Source of the DNA: Acidimicrobiia bacterium
GTDB taxonomy: Bacteria; Actinomycetota; Acidimicrobiia; Spongiisociales; ZC4RG35
Direction of reading: 5' to 3'
Length of the DNA stretch: 62,357 nt
NCBI GenBank assembly: GCA_036396655.1
Contig: DASWKK010000095.1
Location: forward strand, 1 to 62,357
Every line of letters starts with the position of its first letter. Position 1 is the stretch's first letter. Both the position numbers and the translations under genes were made by a program. Positions 29,565 to 38,365 of this stretch are shown here, piece by piece. The notes under the pieces were generated by a model that was not told the DNA's origin, searched no databases, and worked only from the letters and a program-made list of their open reading frames with translations.

Positions 29565-30754
29565 CGGTCACCCTCGAGCCGAGTCGTCTCCATCCCGCCG
29601 ACGTGGGCCGGACCGCATCGGTGGGCCTACGCTCGCGGATGACCCGGGCGGTGCTCTCCGCCCTCGGCATCGCCATCGGCATCGCCTCGATGGTGGCCGT
29701 CCTCGGCCTAAGCGACTCCTCCAAGTCGGAGTTGTTGGCCACCTTGGACCGTCTCGGAACCAACCTGATCACCGTCCAGGCCGGTCAGGGCATCGGGCGC
29801 GGGGCCGGGGAGCTTCCGGAGACGGCGGCGGCGATGATCGCCAGGATCGGGCCGGTCGAGGAGACGGCGGCCGTGGTCAACGTGGATGCCAACGTCTATC
29901 GCACCGACCTGATCCCATCGGACCGAACCAACGGGCTCTCCGTCCAAGCGGTTGACCTCACACTGCTCGACACCCTGGCCGGGACCATGGCCCAAGGGAA
30001 GTGGTTCGACCAGGCCGCCGCGGCGTATCCCACCACGGTGCTCGGTGCGGTGGCGGCGGAACGCCTCGGGGTCAGCGGTCTGCCCGCCCGGGTGTGGCTC
30101 GGTGACCAGTGGTTCACCGTCATCGGCACCCTCGACACCTTCGAGCTCAGCCCCGACCTCGACCGGGCCGCCCTGGTCGGGATGGGCGCCGCCGAGAACC
30201 ACCTCGACTCCGATGTGGTCCCATCGGTGATCCATGTCCGATCTGATCCCGATCACACGGACGATGTGATGGGCGTGCTCGCCGCCACCGCCAACCCGAT
30301 CAACCCCGAGGAGATCGAGGTGAGCCGACCCACCGACGCCCTCGAGGCCAAAGAAGCGGCCAACGACACATTCACCGCATTGTTCCTGGGGCTGGGGGCG
30401 GTGGCCCTGCTAGTGGGCGGGGTGGGTATTGCCAACGTGATGGTGATCTCGGTGTTGGAAAGGAGAGCCGAGATCGGGTTGCGACGTGCATTGGGGGCGA
30501 CCAAGGGCCATGTCGCAGTCCAGTTCCTCGGTGAGGCGCTCCTGCTGTCAGTGATCGGCGGGCTTGCCGGCGTGGCCATCGGATACGGGGTGACCGCCGG
30601 TTGGTCCGCATACAGGGGATGGGATGTGTTGGTGCCCCGGATCGCCCTCCTCGGCGGGTTCGGCGCGGCCCTGATCATCGGGACCCTCGCCGGTTTCTAC
30701 CCAGCGACCAGAGCGGCCCGGATGTCCCCGACCGAGGCCCTCCGCTCGGCCTGA
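29561..30754 (+). CDS. ABC permease (MacB/FtsX type)
   Basis: LGIAIG TM1, large extracytoplasmic loop, [16 protein letters not shown], three C-terminal TM. Confidence 0.95.
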   Translation: MTVTLEPSRLHPADVGRTASVGLRSRMTRAVLSALGIAIGIASMVAVLGLSDSSKSELLATLDRLGTNLITVQAGQGIGRGAGELPETAAAMIARIGPVEETAAVVNVDANVYRTDLIPSDRTNGLSVQAVDLTLLDTLAGTMAQGKWFDQAAAAYPTTVLGAVAAERLGVSGLPARVWLGDQWFTVIGTLDTFELSPDLDRAALVGMGAAENHLDSDVVPSVIHVRSDPDHTDDVMGVLAATANPINPEEIEVSRPTDALEAKEAANDTFTALFLGLGAVALLVGGVGIANVMVISVLERRAEIGLRRALGATKGHVAVQFLGEALLLSVIGGLAGVAIGYGVTAGWSAYRGWDVLVPRIALLGGFGAALIIGTLAGFYPATRAARMSPTEALRSA

Positions 30755-30758
30755 CGAT

Positions 30759-30813
30759 TCTCAGTCGGCTCGAACTGCGCTCACAGCCGACTCCCAGCCG
30801 AGAGGGGCAAGGT
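30759..30813 (+). promoter_or_regulatory. Direct-repeat box array 4 plus -10
   Basis: TCTCAGT 30759, TCGAACT 30770, TCACAGC 30781, TCCCAGC 30792. CAAGGT follows 9 nt later. Confidence 0.6.
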
Positions 30814-30847
30814 GGGCACCGCCAACCGAGGCTCTGGCGATCCGCGC

Positions 30848-30895
30848 TTCTGGCGCGGAGATGTCGGCCTATGGGCCGACATCTCCGCGCCAGAA
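30848..30895. repeat. Perfect 22-bp inverted repeat (REP-like hairpin)
   Basis: TTCTGGCGCGGAGATGTCGGCC-TATG-GGCCGACATCTCCGCGCCAGAA. Confidence 0.85.
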
Positions 30896-30957
30896 CGGGT
30901 GTCAGACCGGGTGCCCTCACGCTGCCGACCCAGGCCGTCGCCGGCGGGTCGTCCAGT

Positions 30958-30986
30958 TCTCAGGGTCTCCTCAGGTGACACCCAGG
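30958..30986 (+). promoter_or_regulatory. Direct-repeat box array 5
   Basis: TCTCAGG 30958, CCTCAGG 30969, ACCCAGG 30980, ending 21 nt before ATG 31008. Confidence 0.6.
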
Positions 30987-31007
30987 CAAATCGAGGCGAA
31001 TGGACCG

Positions 31008-31853
31008 ATGATGACGACCATGGAACCGAACACGATCCCAACCACCCCTGATTCTGAGGAGCACCTCGAAGAGCCGAGCAATGAGGAGCTACGCGCCATC
31101 AGCCGTCGCTCCGCCATCAAACTGCTGGGAGGAGCCGGGCTGGCATTGATTGCCGCCTGCGCCGCCGACCCGATAGGTGCAACCACCACCGCGGCTTTGT
31201 CCGGGTCGAGTTCGACCGCCGGCACGGCCGCCACCACCGCTCCCACATTCGGTGGTGATGGCAGCTGTGTCCTGATCCCTGAAGAGACCGAAGGCCCCTA
31301 TCCGCTCGACCTCTCCGGCAGCGAGGAGTTCCTTCGGAGTGACATCGCCGAGGGTCACCCCGGCGTGCCTCTCACCCTCACCCTGTCATTGGTGGATGTC
31401 AACGCCGGATGCGCCCCGATCCCGGGCGCCCGGGTCGACGTCTGGCACTGCGATGCCGACGGGGTCTATTCCGGCTACAGCCAACCCGGGACCGACACCA
31501 CCGCCGAGACCTTCTGCCGGGGAATCCAGGTGAGCGACGACAACGGACAGGTCACTTTCCAGACCATCTACCCGGGGTGGTACCAGGGACGGATCACCCA
31601 CATCCACTTCCAGGTCTTCCTCGAGTCAGGGCTGGCTGCGACCTCTCAAATCGCCTTCCCCGAGGAGATAACCGCCGCTGTCTACGCGGTGGATCCTTAT
31701 GCGGCAAAGGGACCGAACACCTCTGTGACCAGCTTCGCCCAGGACAACGTGTTCAGTGACGGGACCCAGTATCAGATGGCAACCGTCACGGGCGGCGCCG
31801 ACGCCCGGTATGTAGCCACCATGCTGGTCGGCGTGGCCGGTGGGACCAACTGA
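31008..31853 (+). CDS. Tat-exported lipoprotein, intradiol ring-cleavage dioxygenase-like
   Basis: SRRSAIK twin-Arg, LIAAC lipobox, TEGPY, WHCDADGVYS, PGWYQGRITHIHF (Tyr/Tyr/His/His). Confidence 0.88.
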   Translation: MMTTMEPNTIPTTPDSEEHLEEPSNEELRAISRRSAIKLLGGAGLALIAACAADPIGATTTAALSGSSSTAGTAATTAPTFGGDGSCVLIPEETEGPYPLDLSGSEEFLRSDIAEGHPGVPLTLTLSLVDVNAGCAPIPGARVDVWHCDADGVYSGYSQPGTDTTAETFCRGIQVSDDNGQVTFQTIYPGWYQGRITHIHFQVFLESGLAATSQIAFPEEITAAVYAVDPYAAKGPNTSVTSFAQDNVFSDGTQYQMATVTGGADARYVATMLVGVAGGTN

Positions 31854-32115
31854 CGGGTCGACCTGCGCACGGGCCGGTGGGTCGGAATAGGATGACTTGT
31901 TACCGACTCTTGAGGAGGAGGAGGCTTGTGTTCACACCCACTCCGACCCACCAGGCTCGCTCTCTTGCTCGAACAGCCGAAGCTGCTCACTCACGATCCG
32001 GGTGCCGATCGGGAGCCAGACAGCCCTTCTCCGTGAGCACCGCCAAAGTACCGGAGAGTGTGTTTCGGCCCGATCAACGAGGAGTCACATCTTTGTTACG
32101 AGACGCCCGGCCCGG

Positions 32116-33150
32116 TCAAGCATCGGCACCGACGCCGCCACTGTTCTCGAGCGATCCGCTGAATGGCGCCTCGTCTACCCGGGTCAGGAAGCAGAAGAAC
32201 TTCCGGTCTCCGTCCTCCCAGCTCTCAGACGAGGGGTAGAAGTAGGACCAGGTGAGGTTGGGGTCACCCCGGGACGACCCCAAGTACCGGTAGAAGTCAT
32301 CCTCGCATCGCTCGTCGCCGAACTCCAAGAGTGCTGCCTCATCGTATCTTGCCTGCATGCTCGACCGCTCACGAACAACCGAATAGACCTCGACGGTGTG
32401 AGACTCGTCACACGACCGTGGATGGAATCCGAGAAACCTGTCCCGATCTTCCGGTAGGTCGTAACAACCCACCGAGAGCATTCGGGCGTGGATCTGCCCT
32501 TGGCCCTTCATCGACCCGACCAGATCTGACTCATCGAATGCAATCAGGGCGCAATTGATCCCCCTGTCACCTTCGGCCCAGCTGGATCGGGTGGGAGTGA
32601 AGTAGGTGACACCGATCAGCGGCTCGACATCGAAAGAGACGCCAACGTACGGCTGGTACAGCCCCACACAACTCTCATCCGCAAATTCCTCGAGGGTCTC
32701 TCGCCCGGGGAACACGCTGGTGTTTCCCGGATGAGTCACGATCCCGAATATCTCCATGCCGTGGGGCTGTCCACAAGGAACCCCAACAAACTCTGCGACT
32801 TCCTCGGTCCCGATGTCATCGTCAGAAAGGTTGACACAATCCCCCACTCTGACTTCGAACACGCTGACCAGGCCCTGGTCGACGATCGTGCCGCTCTCGT
32901 CACGGCCGGCGTCGGTGAGCAACGCCCAGACCACGCCGCTCAGAGCGAACAGACCCAAAACGATCCACCCGGCGAATGGCGCGGCGAGCTCGAGAACGCC
33001 CCGACGAGCCCGCTTGACAGGGCGCCCGATGGTGCGGTCAGCGGGACTATCGGTTGGCTGAGCGAGATCGACGAGCAGCGCCCCACACTCGGCACAAGAC
33101 GCGGTGTAGGTGGGGTTGTACTTGGTCCGGCACTTCGGGCATCTGTTCAT
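32116..33150 (-). CDS. Septum-formation-family membrane protein with N-terminal zinc ribbon
   Basis: CPKC...CAEC, one TM, two C..H..E...C..Y.G..P...W..GDR..C domains. Confidence 0.8.
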   Translation of the reverse strand: MNRCPKCRTKYNPTYTASCAECGALLVDLAQPTDSPADRTIGRPVKRARRGVLELAAPFAGWIVLGLFALSGVVWALLTDAGRDESGTIVDQGLVSVFEVRVGDCVNLSDDDIGTEEVAEFVGVPCGQPHGMEIFGIVTHPGNTSVFPGRETLEEFADESCVGLYQPYVGVSFDVEPLIGVTYFTPTRSSWAEGDRGINCALIAFDESDLVGSMKGQGQIHARMLSVGCYDLPEDRDRFLGFHPRSCDESHTVEVYSVVRERSSMQARYDEAALLEFGDERCEDDFYRYLGSSRGDPNLTWSYFYPSSESWEDGDRKFFCFLTRVDEAPFSGSLENSGGVGADA

Positions 33151-33344
33151 GCGGCCTCTCGCCGGCGTCCCCCCGGCCCCTCCTGATCGACTAGACAGAG
33201 TTATCGGCGCTACCCGGATTATTCTGAAACCGGCGGAGGGATCGCATGCCGGTCACCGCTCATCGCCATGGGGAAAGGTCCCCAGGCACAAGATGGAACT
33301 CTCGGGTAGGCTCCCCGAGGGAGGCGATCAACGGGGAACGTCAC

Positions 33345-34295
33345 GTGGAGAGACCAGTCCGCCATCTGGTTCGGGTGACCTCAGGGGCGATAACCCTGGT
33401 GGTGATGCTGCTGATGATCCAGATCACCGTGGCATCACCAGCTTTCGCCGCGTCGATCTCGATATCTCCCTCGTCGGGGCTAGCCGGATCATCGGCCACC
33501 ATCAGCGGTACCGACTTCCTTCCACTGTCGGTGGAGCTCTGCTGGGACGGCGAAAACTGCTCCAACCTGGGCACTGCCACTCCTGTTTCCGGGGAGATCA
33601 ACGTCGGCGTCACCATCCCCTCCGGTGCCCTACCAGGTCGACACACGGTGAACGCCTGTCAGCTCGCCGCCGGCTGCACCTCGACCGTCTACGACGTCAC
33701 TGATAGCACGACGGAGACTTCCGCCCCTACCACGTCCCCGCCCACCACCACGTCCACCACGACCACCTCAACGACGACAACAATGCCGTCCACCACTACA
33801 ACGAGACCAAGTTCAGGGACTACCTCACCAACGTCGCCTCCGACCACCGCACCGGTGACCACCTCGAGTGTGCCTACACCGCAAACCACCACGGCCGACA
33901 CCACCCTCGACTCGTCCGTCACATCCACCACGACCGACAACTCGACCACCACGACCGATGGTTCAGCCGTGCTTGCAGCCGCCGCGGGCCAGCCTCCCGC
34001 CGCCGGCTCGGCTCCCTTCTCGCTCGACCTGAGCAAGCTGCGCTTCGGGACAGATCCCGATGCAGTCACTGCCGAGGGTGAGCCCGCTCCCGAAGGCACA
34101 GGCGGCGAGGTCCCGCTGGCCGCGGCGGAGGACGGCGCAACGGTCTCACAACTCAGGTTCGGCAGCGACGCCGCTGCCGCCCCCGGTTTCGCCTTTCCTC
34201 GAATTGGGATATGGCTTGGCTGGCTGGTTCTGGTCGTCGGCTCGTTCGTGGTGATCGTGGGCTTCGAGGAGGTCCAGCGTCGCAAGGAAGGCTGA
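33345..34295 (+). CDS. Surface protein: signal peptide, small Ig-like domain, Thr-rich stalk, C-terminal TM anchor
   Basis: GTG after GGGGAA, AFA cleavage site, long S/T/P tract, IWLGWLVLVVGSFVVIV then RRK. Confidence 0.7.
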   Translation: MERPVRHLVRVTSGAITLVVMLLMIQITVASPAFAASISISPSSGLAGSSATISGTDFLPLSVELCWDGENCSNLGTATPVSGEINVGVTIPSGALPGRHTVNACQLAAGCTSTVYDVTDSTTETSAPTTSPPTTTSTTTTSTTTTMPSTTTTRPSSGTTSPTSPPTTAPVTTSSVPTPQTTTADTTLDSSVTSTTTDNSTTTTDGSAVLAAAAGQPPAAGSAPFSLDLSKLRFGTDPDAVTAEGEPAPEGTGGEVPLAAAEDGATVSQLRFGSDAAAAPGFAFPRIGIWLGWLVLVVGSFVVIVGFEEVQRRKEG

Positions 34296-34319
34296 CCTTC
34301 CCGACGCCGCCCGCCCCGC

Positions 34320-36773
34320 TCAGATCTTTGGAAGCTTGAACCCGGATTTCTCCACGACGTAGTCGCGCGACTCGGACACCATGCGGCGCACCGCGGGCCA
34401 GTCGACGTGGAGAAGCTTGCCCCCACGCTTCATTGCCCGACCGGCGATGAACACGGAGTCGACATTCGAGGTGTCCATCCCCGCCACCACGGCCGCCACC
34501 GGGTCGTTGATCGGGGTGACATTGATCTTGTCGGTGCGGAGCATGATCAGATCGGCCGCCTTCCCCACAGTGAGACTGCCCACCTTGGCCTCCAGCCCGT
34601 TGGCCCGCGCCCCTTCCATCGTGGCGTACCAGAGCACGTCGCGCATGGTGATGGCGGGTCTGCCCGCCTGATCGGCCAGGGCGTGCTGGAGTGAGATCAC
34701 CGAGCGCATCTGGGTGAACATGTCGTTGGGGACGTTGGTCTCGACGTCGATGCTGAGCGACGGGTTGAGGCCACGATCGAGGAACTTCTGGATCGGTGGC
34801 ATCCCGTGGCCCATCATCATCTCCACCGGGGAGGCCAGGGAGACGGTGCCGCCGGTGTCGACGATCATCTGGATCTCGGTGTCGTTGAGGGTGGTGCAAT
34901 GGATGTAGGTAGTGTCGGGACCGAGGAGGCCGGCCTCTCCCATCTCCTGCACCTTCGCATCCTGCCCGTAGGTCCCCACCCCGACATGGGCTGTGATCCG
35001 GGCCCCGGTCTCCCGGGCCAGCTTCCAATGATCGCGGGCCACTTCGAAATCGGTGAACTCGGGGCCGGGCGCGGCCAGGGCCAGCGTCAGCATCTGGTCC
35101 TTCGAAGAGAAATGCTCGGTGGCGGCGCGTACGAACCAGCTGGGCTGACGCTCCTCCCACTTGCCCCACCAGGGGAACCCGTAGGCGAACACTCCCCGCA
35201 GACCCGAGTCGCGCAGCGCCTGGATCACCGCGTCGGTGTGCGCCGGTGAGGCCTGGATGTGGGACCAATCGAGAAGAGTTGTGATCCCGGCGTCGATGGC
35301 GCCGACCGCGGAGACCAGGTTGCCCGCATAGGCGTCCTCTGGTCGGAAGGCGGGGGCCAGAGTGCGGAGCACGAAGGAGATGTAGCTGACTCTTCCCTCG
35401 AGAGGCACATCGGTCCCGATGTTGCGCAGGATCCCCTCCCAGATGTGTCGGTGGCTGTCGACGAAGCCGGGCATGACGATCATTCCCGAGGCGTCGATGA
35501 CCTCGGCGCCGTTGACCGCCAGATTCGGTCCGACCGCGGCGATTCTGTCCCCATCGATCAGGACGTCCGCGTTGGCGAAGTCACCGACCACCGGGTCGAG
35601 GCTGAGCACGATCCCGCCCCTGAACAGTTTGCGCCCGGTGGGGACCACGCCGAAGTCGTTACCCACCGGGTAGAGCGCCGGGAGCTCGGCCGCCTTGGGC
35701 GGCCGGCTGCCGAGGACGATGCGCCGCGCCCGGCGGAAGTTGCGCTTCACCAGCTCCTTGATGTCCCCCACCTGAAACAGGATGATCCCGATCAGGACGA
35801 GCACTCCGATCACCATCGGCCCCACGTCTGGGGGGAGCCCATGGAAGGGGAGCACGGTGATGATCACGGCGAGAAGGATCGAGGAGACCGTGCCGCCGAC
35901 GAACGTGGCCCGACCTCCGGAAAGGGCAGCACCTCCGAGCACGGCGGCGGTAATGCTGTTCAAGGTGTAGCTGGTCCCGATCTGGGCATTGCCCACACCG
36001 GAACGGGTCATTACGAACAGGGCGGCTACTGATGCGAACAGCGCGGAGAGGATCAGCGCTCGCACCCTGACCCAGTTGGTCCGGACTCCGCTCCGCTTTG
36101 CTGACCGCTCGTCGAAACCGACCGCGCTGACCTTGAGCCCGGAGCCGCTGGCATGGAGCCACATGTCGAGCAGACCCGCACCGACCACCACCAGGATGAA
36201 AGCGAGTGGGACAGGCCCGATTCCTCCCCGGAGCAGAGACAAGAACTCGGGGTCGATCGTCCCGCCCGGAGTCGGTCGCAGGGTGAGGGAGATGCCGTCG
36301 AGAATGCTCAGGGTGGCCAGAGTGGCGATGATCGAAGGGATCTTCACTCCCCGCACCAGACCGGCATTGACCAAACCGACTGCCAGTGCGCAGAGAAAAA
36401 TGGTGCCGATACCCGCGAGAAGGGCGCTCGGGGAGGATTCGGGGCGGAGCATGAACGAGGCGATGACGACGGCCAGGCCGATCATGGCGCCGATGGACAG
36501 GTCGAGGTAGCCGACGAGCAGGGCGTGGATCTGACCCATGGTCGCCACGGCGAGAGGAATGGCGATGAGCAGGATATTGACGGTGTTGGTCCGGTTGATG
36601 AACCCCTCGAATTGGGTTTCGGTGTACCAGACCACCCCCAGGATCAACAGGACCTGCAGCGCGACCGGCATCCACAGCCTGACCCTGATCACCTTGCGCC
36701 ACTTGTTCTTGTCCCGAGCATTGCGGAGGACCTTGCGGACCTCCTGACGAGTCCGTTCCAGGAGCCGGCTCAT
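34320..36773 (-). CDS. Fusion: RbsC-type ABC permease + amidohydrolase
   Basis: One frame. Permease (LDLSIGA, GGTALSGG-like NSITAAVLGGAALSGG) is joined by a basic linker to PGFVDSHRH, AHVG, IHC, SIDVE and GSLTVGKAAD. Confidence 0.88.
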   Translation of the reverse strand: MSRLLERTRQEVRKVLRNARDKNKWRKVIRVRLWMPVALQVLLILGVVWYTETQFEGFINRTNTVNILLIAIPLAVATMGQIHALLVGYLDLSIGAMIGLAVVIASFMLRPESSPSALLAGIGTIFLCALAVGLVNAGLVRGVKIPSIIATLATLSILDGISLTLRPTPGGTIDPEFLSLLRGGIGPVPLAFILVVVGAGLLDMWLHASGSGLKVSAVGFDERSAKRSGVRTNWVRVRALILSALFASVAALFVMTRSGVGNAQIGTSYTLNSITAAVLGGAALSGGRATFVGGTVSSILLAVIITVLPFHGLPPDVGPMVIGVLVLIGIILFQVGDIKELVKRNFRRARRIVLGSRPPKAAELPALYPVGNDFGVVPTGRKLFRGGIVLSLDPVVGDFANADVLIDGDRIAAVGPNLAVNGAEVIDASGMIVMPGFVDSHRHIWEGILRNIGTDVPLEGRVSYISFVLRTLAPAFRPEDAYAGNLVSAVGAIDAGITTLLDWSHIQASPAHTDAVIQALRDSGLRGVFAYGFPWWGKWEERQPSWFVRAATEHFSSKDQMLTLALAAPGPEFTDFEVARDHWKLARETGARITAHVGVGTYGQDAKVQEMGEAGLLGPDTTYIHCTTLNDTEIQMIVDTGGTVSLASPVEMMMGHGMPPIQKFLDRGLNPSLSIDVETNVPNDMFTQMRSVISLQHALADQAGRPAITMRDVLWYATMEGARANGLEAKVGSLTVGKAADLIMLRTDKINVTPINDPVAAVVAGMDTSNVDSVFIAGRAMKRGGKLLHVDWPAVRRMVSESRDYVVEKSGFKLPKI

Positions 36774-38365
36774 GGGGTGGGCTCCCTGGTCGGAGCCTTG
36801 GGCATGGCCACCCCGAAGGGGGACCGCCCCGAGCGCGACACCCCGGGACCCCGGACGATGGCTTCGACGATCCGAAGCTCGTTCAGCTCGTCGCCGGGGA
36901 TCTCTTCGACGATGGTCCCTCGTGACATGACCAGCACCCGATCGCACAGCCCGGAGAGCTCGATAGGGTCGCTCGACTTGACCAGAAGGGCGGCACCTGC
37001 GTCTGTCCTCGCTCGCAAAGCCCGGTAGATGTCGAACCTGGAGCCCACGTCCACGCCCTGGGTCGGCTCGTAGGCGAGGATCACCGAGGGCTCACGGAGG
37101 AAGGTCCGGGAAACCGAAACCTTCTGCTGGTTGCCACCGGAAAGGAACTCGACCGGCTGCTCGAGTGACGGAGTACGGATCTCGAGACGCGAGACGAGGT
37201 CCCGAACCGCTTTGCGCTCGGAGCGCCGTCGCAGGAAACCGAAAAGGCTGAACCTGCGGAGGGATTGGATGGTGGAGTTGGCTCGGACCCCGAGCACCGT
37301 GGCGAGGGCTTCGTGCTTGCGATCGCCGGGAAGCAGCATGATCCCGGCGCGGACCGCCTCGTGGGTGGAGATCAGCGTCAGCTCTTTGCCGTCACATACC
37401 ACCCGCCCCGCCCGGGGAGGCGTCCGTCCGGCCAGGGTGTCGAAGAGCTGAGGCTGGCCGTTTCCTTCGGCCCCTGCGATCCCGACCACCTCGCCCGCTT
37501 CCAGCGTGAAGCTGACCGGGCCGAAAGACTGACCCTGGAAGCCATCGACCACCAGCACCTCGCGAGGCTGTTCCGACATCTCCGCCGGGACCGGGAAGGC
37601 GCTCTCGAAGGGACGGCCCACAATCAGCTCGACAAGGTCGTGCTCGGTGGTGGCCCTGGCATCGAAGGTCCCGCGGGTCTTGCCATCGCGGAGCACTGTG
37701 ATCCGATCGGCGATCTCGAGCACCTCGGGAAGACGATGACTGACGTACACCACGCCGACGCCGCGCCTCCTGCACGCTGCCACTGTCCGATGGAGCGATT
37801 CCACTTCGTCCGGCCCGAGTGCCGTTGTCGGCTCGTCGAGCAGGAGCACTTTGGGATCGGAGACCAGGGCCTTGGCCACCTCGAACAACTGGCGTTCAGC
37901 AAGGGTGAGGAACCCAGCCGGGGAATCGGGGAATAGCTCCATATCGAGGTCGAATTCCCCCAACAGCCTCCTGGCCCACTTCTTTCTCCGCCAGAAAGGA
38001 GGTCTGTCCTCGGGTGGCAGCGCCATGTAGAGGTTGTTCTTGACCGGCTGGGCCAGAATCAACGATGTGTCCTGATAGGCCATGGCCAGACCCAGCTTGC
38101 GGGCCAGAGCCGGCGAGTCGGTGCGCAATGTCTTTCCGGCGATGCGCACCGTGCCCCGATCGGGCTCAACGAACCCGCTGGCAATCCCGAGGAGGGTCGA
38201 CTTCCCCGAGCCGTTCTCGCCGACGAGGGCATGGACCTCGCCGGCGCGGCAATCGAAGCTGACGTCGGTCAGCGCCCGGACCGCCCCGAACTGGCGGGAA
38301 ACTCCCGCCAGTTCGAGGACGGTCTCCGCGGTGGTCGACCCCCCTCCGGGACCGCCGTTGGTCAT
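36770..38365 (-). CDS. Sugar-type ABC ATP-binding protein (two NBDs, RbsA-like)
   Basis: GENGSGKST, LDEPT, LSGGNQQKV, EPTQGVDVG. Confidence 0.95.
   Translation of the reverse strand: MTNGGPGGGSTTAETVLELAGVSRQFGAVRALTDVSFDCRAGEVHALVGENGSGKSTLLGIASGFVEPDRGTVRIAGKTLRTDSPALARKLGLAMAYQDTSLILAQPVKNNLYMALPPEDRPPFWRRKKWARRLLGEFDLDMELFPDSPAGFLTLAERQLFEVAKALVSDPKVLLLDEPTTALGPDEVESLHRTVAACRRRGVGVVYVSHRLPEVLEIADRITVLRDGKTRGTFDARATTEHDLVELIVGRPFESAFPVPAEMSEQPREVLVVDGFQGQSFGPVSFTLEAGEVVGIAGAEGNGQPQLFDTLAGRTPPRAGRVVCDGKELTLISTHEAVRAGIMLLPGDRKHEALATVLGVRANSTIQSLRRFSLFGFLRRRSERKAVRDLVSRLEIRTPSLEQPVEFLSGGNQQKVSVSRTFLREPSVILAYEPTQGVDVGSRFDIYRALRARTDAGAALLVKSSDPIELSGLCDRVLVMSRGTIVEEIPGDELNELRIVEAIVRGPGVSRSGRSPFGVAMPKAPTREPTP

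Noticed and set aside
33151-33344. Possible cyclic-dinucleotide riboswitch upstream of the surface protein
   Set aside because: Only a 6-bp hairpin (CTCGGG/CCCGAG); conserved riboswitch motifs did not match. An Rfam scan would settle it.
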